From the human T2T-CHM13v2.0 reference genome, Homo sapiens, in assembly GCF_009914755.1 (NCBI RefSeq), contig NC_060944.1: DNA of 64,000 nt; one strand, 5' to 3'. Position 1 is the stretch's first letter. Every line of letters starts with the position of its first letter. The notes under the pieces are model-generated. The model saw nothing but the letters and a program-made list of their open reading frames with translations, was not told the origin of the DNA and did no database searches. The translations under genes were made by a program, and so were the position numbers. Below, one piece after another: positions 1-20,550 of this stretch.

Positions 1-309
1 TGAGAGTCCAGGAGCATCAGACCTGATGCCCACGGCTGGCAGTTTTGCTCAATAGTGACCTGAAATCACTTTCTTCCTATAAGATAATTCTTTTGGATGC
101 CGGGAGAGTGAACCTGGGATCATAATCTTTATCAGTGGGTCCGGGGTGCGCTTGTGCTCTGTGGTTCAAGATGAAAAGGCCTCCCCTGTCACAGACTGAG
201 GTTATTGCTGCTTCCAGGACACACGGCTGTAAAAGGTTCTCTTGTGAAGTTCGTCTCTCCAGCTCTGCTATTTAAACAATGCATTCCTTTGTAGAACCCT
301 CTTCAGTAG

Positions 310-8939
<8,630 letters not shown>

Positions 8940-9017
8940 TTGAGCGGTTGCCATGGCTGGTCTCCGTGGGGCAGGGTTGGGCCGCATGTGGAAGGGCTCT
9001 GAGCTGTGTCCTCCTTC

Positions 9018-9023
9018 ATTAAA
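9018..9023 (+). terminator. PRPF6: PRPF6 polyadenylation signal (ATTAAA)
   Basis: ATTAAA about 80 nt after the stop codon, followed by T/GT-rich sequence. Confidence 0.8.
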
Positions 9024-9475
9024 AGTTTTTATGTCTCGTGTCAGAACAGGCAGCCTGCTGGTTTTCTCTGGGGCCCTTCTCTGGCTCCTGCTTCTGCTGC
9101 CCCAGTCTGGCCTGTCCTGGCCTGTCCCATGCCGTCCTGGGGTGGCTGTGATCGCCCTTGCTTGGACAGAAGCCTCTTGCAGACAGCCGGTGTCTCACAG
9201 AGGAGGCACTGTGGAGGTGCCCGGGTTCCCCAAGACTGTGGAGAAGGTGGTAGGGGTGCAGATGTTCTGGCCAAAAGCCCTGTGAGGACAGCTGGAGACA
9301 GTGGGGACCAAGCTGCATGCAGGACGCAGGTGCTCGCAGGAGCCTGGCAGCCGCCTGCAAGGGTCTTGGTCAGGGGACAGCTGGGGCCTCCCTGGGGTCT
9401 GAGTGCAAACAGGAGAACCCAGCTCTGCGCAGGGCCTCTCCACACAGCCTCCCGGGCCCCTCAGGCATGTGCTGA

Positions 9476-9752
<277 letters not shown>

Positions 9753-10653
9753 GTGAGTTTATCTTTGCTAATTTATCATTCGCAGTTTAACCCTAAAGCC
9801 CTTGTAATGGTTCTCATCTCCAGGTTGAACAGTGATGGTTCTCATCTCTAGGTTGAACGTTGATCACCCGAGAGACTTGGCTTCTCTTCAGCCTTAGCTG
9901 TGTAAGGATAAAGGACGTCCTCAGGCCTGGGATCATGTGTGTGCATTCAGTTGGGAGCCAGCTGGTTCTTGTGTAGGCCGGGGCTAGAGACATCTGGCTG
10001 GAGGTCATGGCTGGCCCAGAGGGTGTGGGTGGACAGTCGTTGAGGCCAGCGGGCGGGGAGGAGGGCGCTGTCATGTGGGCTGAGGAGGCTGCTGGAGAGC
10101 AGCTGTCCCTGGATGTTCCTTGTGAGAGGGGAGCCCTGGAGGGTCCCGGCCTGTCCTGTGGTACCGATGGCAGGGCCTGTGGTGGTGGTCAGTCACTGAC
10201 CCACAGCTCTGCCCACCTGCACATGGGGGCCTGTGCTAGGCCTTGTGGTCTGCCTGCCCTGCTCCTGACGAGTGAGAATGGCTGGGGTGGGAGATCCCTG
10301 CCTGCACGTGGGGCGGTCCTGGTAGACCAGAATGTGGGTGTGGGTCCCCCTTCCCTGTGGTTCTGGGGACCTTGAGGACATGGTCAATCCCGGGCAAGGG
10401 ACCTGCCACCCCTGTATGGGGTCAGGAACTGCTGGTTGGTCTCTGCTGGGCAGGCAACCTGGGGTCCAGCTCAAATCGTTGGAATGTGGAAGTCCTTCCT
10501 CTCGCCCCGTCCTGAGGAGCAGCTGCAGGAGCTTCATGAGTGTTTTCACTGGAACTTGTGGAGGAGTTTCCTTTGATCCCTCATGGAGAGACGGAAGCAT
10601 GAGGGAGCCCTCAACATTTATTCTGAAGATGAAGAGAGTCCTGCAGCTTTTTG

Positions 10654-10853
10654 GAGTTTGTGAAGTCAGCCCGGCCCTGTACAGATGTGGAAACCGAGGC
10701 CCAGGAAGTTTGTGAGCCAGCCCGGCCCTGTACAGGTGTGGAAACCGAGGCCCAGGAAGTTTGTGAGCCAGCCCGGCCCTGTACAGATGTGGAAACCGAG
10801 GCCCAGGAAGTTTGTGAGCCAGCCTGGCCCTGTACAGATGTGGAAACCGAGGC
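10654..10853 (+). repeat. 51-bp minisatellite, about 4 copies
   Basis: Unit gaagtttgtgagccagcccggccctgtacagatgtggaaaccgaggcccag; 'acag' anchors at 10681, 10732, 10783, 10834. Confidence 0.92.
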
Positions 10854-11071
10854 GTAGGAAGGAAGCCCTTCTCTGACCTCAGAGCTGAAATGGCCAGTGC
10901 TGGGTGGGCATTGAGGGGTCACACAGAAAAGAATGTTTCAGGCCATGTTCAGGGGATACTTCCTGCAGGGCCCTTGGAAAGTTCCGGAGCGCTTACATTG
11001 TCCATGTGTGAGTGTCTCCTCTTTCTTGCCTGTGTGGGGTTTTCTCAAATGCTTTGAGTTGGCCAAACCAC

Positions 11072-11370
11072 AGTTGTGCGCCACTTAACAGTGCGGATAC
11101 ATTCTGAGAAAAACCTCGTTAGGTGATGTCGTCTTGCAAACATTAAAGAGTGCATTTACACAAGGCTGGCAGGCACGGCCTCCTGCACCCCCAGGCTGTG
11201 TGCCCGGGTGCCAGAGCCTGGGGCTCCTGGGCTGCAGACCTGCACAGCCTGTCACAGCATTTAATCACATCCAAACACGGAAAAGGCAAAAACGTAAAGA
11301 TGCAGTGTTACAATCCTAGGGGACTCCTGTCACCTGTGTGGTCTGTTCTTGACTATTGTGAGTCACTGAC
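11072..11370. mobile_element. Degenerate Tigger3/MER7-like DNA transposon
   Basis: cagttgtgcgccacttaacagtgcggatacattctgagaaa...gttaggtgat...agagtgcatttacacaa resembles the recalled Tigger3 terminus. Confidence 0.55.
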
Positions 11371-12269
11371 TTTTCCCCCTGGGAAACTACCTTAACTTGT
11401 CTTCAACTGAAATTTTTTCAGCCTGCAAAGATGAGTTGTGCCTCAGAGGTTGCTCGTGTTCTGAGGTGCCTCTTCACCACTGCCTGTCAGGCTGCTAACC
11501 AGAGTGCCCCAGACCACAGCAGAAGCGACAGCAGCCAAGGATCGGGGGAGCCCACCCTGCTCCTGGGTATCTTTACGGCAGGCAGCAGAGTAACAGCCTC
11601 AGACTTACCTCTTCAGCCAGAGACCCCTCAGCCCAGGAGGAGTGAGGCCGGGCCAGCAGCGGGGGCCCGGGAAGCCCCATGTCTTGGGACCTGCTGGGGC
11701 AGGGCCCCCTGGATGTCAGGCTGCAGGTCCGGCAGCTGGGGAGGGGATGAGGGCCTCCCACCAGCTCTGCCCATCAGCCAGATCCCTGGGAGAGGCAGCA
11801 CTTGCTGGCCACAGAGTCGGCCCCAGTCTCACCTGGCTCCCCTCCCCCACCAGCTGGGCCCTGCACTGCCCCAGCCCACGCGGCGCCTCACCCCTCCTTG
11901 ACAGAACAGTATCTCTGGGACGGACAAGTTAATCCAAGACCCACAGTAGCCCTGGATCCCCTGGGAGAGGTGGCTGCCCAGCTCCAGGGCCAGGTTAATT
12001 GAAGTGATAGGGAGTGGAGAGAGGGAGGGGGCAGGGCTGGGATTGCGTGGCCTTTCCTTCCCTCTCCTGCTCCCTCCCTCAGCTTGGAGGAGCCAACTTC
12101 AAAAGCCTCCGCCTGGCCTGCCCCTCTGCAGTCCTCCAGGCAGCCTGTCCAGGGAAGCGGTTGGCTGGTGTTGGACCTGGTGCGGCAGTGCACACCCTGC
12201 CCAAGGACCCCAGGATCATGTGCGTGGCCTGCTGGCGGGAGTGAGGGAGGGCAAGACCCTGAAAGGCCC

Positions 12270-14705
12270 ATGGTGAGCAGCTGTGGGCCTCCTCTAGGGA
12301 GGGGGCTTACTTGGGTGGAGGGGCTGGGGGTACACACAGCTCAGGAGACACTGCTTGTTCCCCTGAGCCCCACCAGGAAATCTCCGGTTGGCTCTGGTCA
12401 CTGCGTCCCTGTGGGTGGCACTGGGTGCATGTGCCCTGGCTTCTGGCAGTTGGGGGAGGGGGGCTCCTGGGTGCCGGGCAACCCTGTTCTAAGCTGGGCT
12501 GAGGCTTGAGCCTGGAAGTGGTACTAACAGGCCAGTTGGGACTCCCAGGGCAGCCAGTCTGCCCCACCTGGGTGGGACACAGCAGGTGCTGGACATCCTT
12601 GCAGCTCCAGCTGGCCTGCTCAGGAGTCAGGCTCTGGTTCTCGCTATGACCTCTGACCCAGAGCAGGCAGAGGGAATGACGTGGCAATTCTGAGCCCACC
12701 AAGTTGGCTGTGGCGTGTGTGGTTGGGGGGGTCAGGTTTCAGGAAGGGGCCACAGCAAGCCATCTGCTCTTCCAGCCATTGCTGCTTTGTGCTCTGAGCA
12801 GGAGCTGCCACCGCCCACCAGGCCCCCAGCTCTATGCAAGGGTTGGGGTGCTGCTTGTTCAGGCTCCCCTGACAGGGCTAGGAAGCCGAGTCGAGTCCTC
12901 TTATCTTGGTTGGGTTCGCATGATTAATTTCCAGCCCTAGATCTGCTGTCTGACTCCATCCTGGGGGCCCAGGGGAAGGGTTGGGGCTGGCCCCTTTTGG
13001 GTGGCTGGGAACCTGGGGGCCGTCAGCTGTCTCCTTGATGTTTGGGCTTTATCCCTGCGGGCGCAGGCCCTCCATTTTGGGTCGGGGGAGGCCTGTGGCA
13101 CAGGCTGCCCGGAGGGATGGCGTGGGGCGGCTGGTACAGGCAGAGGGGCCTTTTGCGACTGTTGGTTGGGGCTGGATGTGGTGGCTCCTTCCTCCTCTAT
13201 AGCTTCTGGGTGTCCCCCTAGCTTTCCCCTTCCAATAGGGTGTGGCTTGGAGCTCTGAGCCCCTGCCCCAGTTGGGTTGGGGGTACAAGGAGTCCCCAGT
13301 TCCCACGTCTCTGTGAGCTAACCCAGAGGGCGCCAGTATGGGAGGTGTGGAGTTGAATGGGCATGGCCATGAGTGAGACAGGCTGTACTGGGACAACTTC
13401 CTACTGTACCCCCAAGAGCCTGCAGACCAGCCCCACTAGAGCTGTACGGGGCTGGTGGGGGGCCCTGCTCTGTGCGGTCCTGAGGGTGCTCCACCCCTTG
13501 CTGGCCCCACTCCCACGTGGACCACAGAGCCAGGCTCTCCTGACTCTGGGCCTGCCCCCTCTATCTCCTGATGGGTTCTTCAGGACTCAGTGACATCGCC
13601 TCCCAGCCGACATCACTCACCCCTTTCACATCTTTGCAGGGAGCATAGAACTGTCTGGTTTGCAGACCTATCTCTTGTGTCTCCTGATTTATCCCGCCAG
13701 GCCTGTGCCTACAGCCTTTCTTGATTGGTGACACGTCCATTTCATTCGCTCAGAGATCCCGTGGGGTGGGGCAGGGGGTGGGGCTTCTACGGAAACAAAG
13801 TGCAGGTGGGCTGGCTGCTCCCTGTGCTGGGAACACCCCCCAGGCCTAACCCCAACCTGCTGTCTCCTCCAGGTACCCCCTAAGCCTGCACTCTGGGCGC
13901 TCCTGCTGGCGCTGCTGGGGACCGCGCCAAGCCGCGCCTATTCCCCGGCCTGCAGCGTCCCCGACGTGCTCCGCCACTATCGCGCCATCATCTTCGAGGA
14001 TCTGCAGGCCGCCGTGAAGTGGGGCGGGGCGGGGGCCGAAAAGACCAGGCCAGGCTCCAGACACTTTCATTTCATACAGAAAAACCTGACTAGACCCGGG
14101 AGCTCGGGACGGCGGGGACGGCCTCGGGCCTCCTGTGGCGCCCAGAAGGTATGGAGGAGGCGCCCCTACCCAAGCTCGCCGGCCTGCTCCTCTCTCAGTT
14201 TCCCCCCACCCCCACCCCGCCTTCCTCCCTTCCCTCCCCAGGAGCACAGTATCCTCCTGTCCATCTCGTCCCTGGGTCGGACCCTGCGCGGGGCGGTGGC
14301 CGGGGGCCGCCGCGGGGCCCTGGAGAGAGCTGCTTGGACCGTGGCTGTGCGCACCGAGGCGGTGATGCGGCGCCACTGCAGGACGCTGCGCCAGGTGTGC
14401 GTCCCTGAGTGCACCCAGAGCCAGACCTCCCTTAACCCCCACAGGGCCGCCGCGCGTCCCGGGGCTCCACGGCCCTAGGCTGAAGTCGGGCTGGGTCGCG
14501 TCTCCCTTCCCGGGCCGGGCCGGGCGCGGGGGCCGTGCGCATTCGCTGACCGCCCTGTCCCCGACAGCGGAGCCGGCGGCCCAAGATGCGCCCTGCCCGG
14601 CGTCGCGGCGGCCGAAGGCAGCTCCTGCTGCGCGCCCTGGACGCCGTCGCCACCTGCTGGGAGAAGCTCTTCGCGCTGCGCGCCCCGGCCTCCAGGGACT
14701 CCTAG
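12270..14705 (+). CDS. C20orf204: C20orf204 (formerly LINC00176/PRR17), 189 aa, predicted secreted IL-7/TSLP-like helical protein. Coding exons 12270-12272 (ATG only), 13873-14148, 14242-14394, 14568-14705
   Basis: ATG|gtgagc donor at 12270-12278, pyrimidine/AG acceptors, all introns phase 0. Product MVPPKPALWALLLALLGTAPSRAYSPACSVPDVLRHYRAIIFEDLQ...CGAQK|EHSILL...RHCRTLRQ|RSRRPK...LLLRALDAVATCWEKLFALRAPASRDS*; AATAAA at 14917. Confidence 0.88.
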
Positions 14706-15200
14706 CGCGGCCCGTCCTGGCCCTGCGCGGGGAGGAGAACCAGCGGGGCCGCGGCAGAGCCTGGAGACGCGCCTCGTTCTGTAGACTTGTTGGTGACCTC
14801 GGCCCCTCGCTCGACGCAGCCCGCGCTCCCCGGAGGGCCCAGGACTTGGAGAAGGGAGCGCGCCTGGCCGCCGCTGGGTCACGGAGGAGGCCCGCCCTCC
14901 ACGCGCCGAAGGCCTCAATAAACGGAGCTGGCGCTGCGGGTCCGGCACTCCCTTCGCCTGCTTCTCTGTGGGCCTAGGACCGCCCCGGGATCTGCGCCTC
15001 GGTGGCGGGGGGCGGTGGAGGGGGAATGCGGAGACCCGCACTTCCTGTGGCACCTGGACGGGGCGGAGCCGCCGCTCCCAGCCTCGGGCAGCAGAGGGCG
15101 GACGCGGGACGCTGGGCGCGCTCCGGCTCTGTCAGCGGCTCCCGGCTGGGCGGAGGGCAGAGCGGGGGACTCCTGGGGCCCCTAAAACGTCACGTATCCG
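13900..15200. promoter_or_regulatory. CpG island over the C20orf204 coding exons and 3' end
   Basis: Very high CG dinucleotide density by inspection. Confidence 0.75.
14917..14922 (+). terminator. C20orf204: C20orf204 polyadenylation signal (AATAAA)
   Basis: Canonical AATAAA about 210 nt after the TAG in otherwise GC-rich sequence. Confidence 0.8.
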
Positions 15201-18148
15201 TCCTGCTCCACTTTGGACCGGGGCCGGGGGTGGAAATTGAGGGGAGGGGAAGGCTGGACTTGGTGAATTCGGAGCAAAACAACCGGATAAAGGAAACGGG
15301 CCCGAAGGGAAGCGGGAGCTGCGGGCCTTGGCTGTGAGCTTGGCCAGGCTATTTCCTGCTGCCTCCGGAGGGGTGACCACGGCCTGGGCTCAGAGACTGC
15401 CCAGCCCCCTCTGCAGGACTGGCCAGGCTGGGGCCCGCTTTCTGGCCCCTGGAACCCTCCATTTGCTGGGGGACTGTCCCCTGGTTCCCCCATCTGATGC
15501 GCAGGTCTGGGAGTCTGTCACCCCCCTCCCCCAATCTCGGCCCATGGAGGAGCAGGGGAGGTAAAGTACCTGACACCTGTTACCCTCCCCTTCCCGGAAA
15601 GGCCGCGAGCAGGCTGTGCCTCTGGCATTCTGTGGGATCAGGGGCAGCAGCAGAAGAAAGAAGTAACCTCCCAAGCTGACCCTGACCCAGCCCCACACTC
15701 TGTGTTAATGTATTTAGTCTGTGCAACGGGAGCTACTGTCTCTGTTTTATAGATGGGGAAACTGAAGCACGAGGAGGCTGAGACTTGCCCCAAATCACAG
15801 CCAGCAATGTAAGAGCTGGCCTCAGACCCAGGCCCAGGGCATGGGATCTGCCACATGTCCCCTGCCTGGAGGCTGGGGGCCAAGCTTCCTGGACTTCAGA
15901 GCCTTGGATTCCCCTGCAGAGTTAGCACTTCTGACAGAGTCCCTGGCCATGCTCTGAGCACAAACACCTAGCAAGCATTCCCAGCCCTAGTTCTGCATTG
16001 CCTGCTCCGTGGGGGCCAGTGGGGGCAAGTGTGGGAGGGATGAGGGGGAGATGCAGGGTGCAGGAGCCCCAGCTGGAGCCAAAGCACTTGAGGGGGGTGC
16101 TTGGACTTATCCCGAGGCAGCGGAAGGTCTTTGGTGAAAGAGGGATGTTAGAGTTGGAATCTAGAAAGGTTCCCGTGACTTGTGTGGAGGGTTGGTGAGG
16201 ACAAAGGGGTGGAGAGAGGTCCAGGCTGCCCAGGGTCCTGGCTGGAGTACCTGGGTGGGTCTGTGGGGAGCCTGAACATGGGAAGCACTAAAGGGGGAGT
16301 GGGTCGGTTTGAGGGCCCTGAGGGAGCTGGGGAACTGTGGACGTGGCTGGGCTCAGCTGGGCGTGCTGGTGTATGGAGCATAAGGTATGGACAGCCGAGC
16401 ATGGCTGGGAGGCAGCTGAGTTGGGGCCTGGAGAGAGTCCAGGGTTCTGGGCTGGGCTCAGGGACAGGATGGGGACAGGCCCTCCATGAAGGCTCCCACT
16501 GTCACATTGCCCCAGGGGCAGCTGACTTTTGCACTTGGACCTGCCCCAACCCCTGGGCCATGGGGAGGGCACTCCTCTCCTGTCCATGCATGACCTCCTG
16601 GGCGGCCCCTTGGCTCCTGCCCACCCGCAATGCTCCCGTTCTGCTGTTGAGAGCAGTCAGAGGCTGGGGATGTGGGTGGGCAACAGAAACAGCTCCCTCT
16701 ACCCTGACTGAGAAAGGTTCAAACAAACCACAGCCTCTTGGGGGCAGGAGGAGGAACAGAGGCCTCAGGATTTTGGGGACACATGTCGGTGCCTAGTCCT
16801 GGACCACGACCACGTGGGTGGGTGAGAAGTCCTGCATCCTGGCCCATGGCTCCTCTCCCTCATGCAGAATGGGAGCAAGGTGGGCTTTGGGCTTCTGGGA
16901 CAAAGTTCACTTGTCCAGGGTGGGGACAGCCCAACCAGACTAGGTCTAGGGGCATGTGTGGAGCTACACGAAGCGGCCCAGAGCTACCGAGAGCCACAGA
17001 GACTAGGAGAGAAGCCGCAGGTGCCTGCTCAGACCTGAGAGGCTCAGGTCCTCTTTGGGCTCAGCACTGGGACCGTAGCTCTTCTGTAGCTCCATGAGGA
17101 TAGAGGCATGTCTCCCTCAGCATGATACACCAGCACCTGGCCCAGGCCAGCACACGAGCTGCTCAACAAATGTTTGTTAGCTGGAACTGACCAGAACCAA
17201 CCCAGAGATGGAAAGAGACTCACTGGGCCCACGGCTGATAGGGACAGAGCCATTGGCCACGGAACCACTGAGGGCAGATCCCATGGACTGGCCCTGTATG
17301 TCTCTAGACCGACTGGTGGTGCCTTCCCTGCAGAGGCCCAGGGCAGGTGGCCTGAGCCTGGTTCTTCGTAAAATACTGTTTCTGGGTTGGGGCTGCACAC
17401 AGTACTGTCCCGTCCCACCCTCATGCCTTTTCAGGGCTTGGCTGCTCCAGGGAGGTGGGGGCTGTGCCAGGGTAACAGATGGAGCCTGCAGGGCGCTGGC
17501 TGGGGTTGTGCAACTTCCCACAGCCCAGGAGCCAGGCCCCTCCATGTGCCGCACTGGGAGGAGGGGGCCGGGCAGGCTTTGAAGGGGACCTGGGTCCCGA
17601 GGCCTCCCCAGACTGGGAGTCTTTGAAAGAACATCTGGAACTCGGGCAACTGGCTGACTAGTGTCTGGATTTGCAAAACCAAAAGTTAATCCCGACTTTG
17701 CCTCCTGTGTGTTCCCCACCCCTGCCCCCAAGCTCCTCTCTCTCCCCACCCCACCTCCACCCCTTCAGCGGTGGGGCGCGCAGCCTCTCAGGGTCTCCCA
17801 AAGCACCTTCCCCCACCACCGCCACCGGCCCCCACCCCAGCCTGGGAGTTTTGCCGAAGCTGACCAGAGGGAGGTGGTGGGGAAGATGGATGTTTTCTGA
17901 GTGCCTGCCATACCCAGGCCCTGTGAGCGGACGGGACAGACCGTCACACCGCGGCTGGAGATGGCTGGGGGGCAGTGTGAGTGGTCCTCAGAGGAAACAG
18001 CTGCGCCCAGACCTGGGAGGTGCCCGGCCTTGCGTGGGCTCTGAGCCCTGCAGGTGTGCAGGGAGGCCCCCCTGCTCCAGCTGTGGCTGACTCGGAACCA
18101 AGTCCCCCCAACTCCAGGAAACACATACTCACTGGTGGGGGGATGTCA

Positions 18149-19580
<1,432 letters not shown>

Positions 19581-19689
19581 TTAGTTTTGAGGGGGCCTGT
19601 TTGGGATTGGAGGTTTGCAGCTCTGGACCCCCCTTTCCAGGGCAGCTGTTCTAGCATGGGTTCCAGGTACTTAACATATTGTTCAGACT

Positions 19690-20550
19690 TTGTTATTAGA
19701 GATACGCATTTTTGTAATTTTAATAAAAACACATCTACACAAAACATTGTACACAAATGTTCATAGCAACATTATTCATTATTCATTATCATTATCAATA
19801 ACACTATCATTATTCATGATAGCCGAAAAGTAAAAACCATCAGTGTCCATCAGTCGCTGAATAAATAAAATGTGATATATTCATACAAGGAGGGGATGTT
19901 ACTCAGCCACAAAAGGAATGGAACGCTGACAGGCCACCGCATGGGCGAACCTTGAAAGTGTGCAGGGTGAACCAAGCCAGACACGAAAGGCCACATATAG
20001 TATATTATCCCACTTACAAGAAATATCCAGGCCAGACACTGCAAATCCACAGAGACCAAAAGCAGTTTAGTGTTTATCAGGGGCAGGGGGCAGGAAAGAA
20101 TAGGGAGTAATGGGTTTCTCTTGAGGGTAATGAAAAGCTCTAAAATTAAAGATGGGTGTGGGGGCGCACGCCTGCAGTTCCAGCGAGACAGGGAGGGTCA
20201 CTTTTCGAGGCTGCAGGCGCTGAGATCGTTTCTGTGAATAGCCCCTGCACTCCGGCAGCCTAGGCAACATAGCAAGACCCCTCTCTAAATAAATAAATAA
20301 ATAAATAAATAAAGGCCAGGTGTGGTAGCTCATGTCTATAACTCCAGCACTTTGGGAGGCCAGGTGTTCAAGACCAGCCTGAGAATCATAGGAGTCTCTA
20401 CAGCAAACCAACAAGGAGCATAGCTCCGAGGTAGAGCATTTGACTGCAACAGACAGAATGCTCTAAAATAAGACAGTGGAGATGGTTTCCAGCCTTGTGA
20501 CTACAACAAAACCACTCCATTGTATCCTTAAATTTTATGTAGGTTTTGTA
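19690..20550 (+). mobile_element. Old L1 (L1M-type) 3' region, interrupted at about 20150-20458 by Alu-monomer fragments and a tRNA fragment
   Basis: tacacaaatgttcatagcaacattattcat...aatatccagg...aaatccacagagac resembles recalled L1M 3' ends. Confidence 0.65.
20414..20448 (+). pseudogene. 5'-half tRNA-Cys(GCA) relic
   Basis: aggagcatagctccgaggtagagcatttgactgca vs recalled tRNA-Cys GGGGGCATAGCTCAGTGGTAGAGCATTTGACTGCA (31/35); ends at the anticodon, no 3' half. Confidence 0.7.

Noticed and set aside
11925-12005. HNF1-like GTTAAT half-sites upstream of the C20orf204 ATG exon
   Set aside because: Second half-sites match poorly; not supportable from sequence alone.
13966-14478. 170-aa ORF from the track as the C20orf204 product
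   Set aside because: Starts at an internal GTG, reads through introns, and lacks the signal peptide and helix-D exon.
20414-20490. Functional tRNA-Cys gene
   Set aside because: No T-arm/B-box or 3' acceptor strand follows the anticodon.
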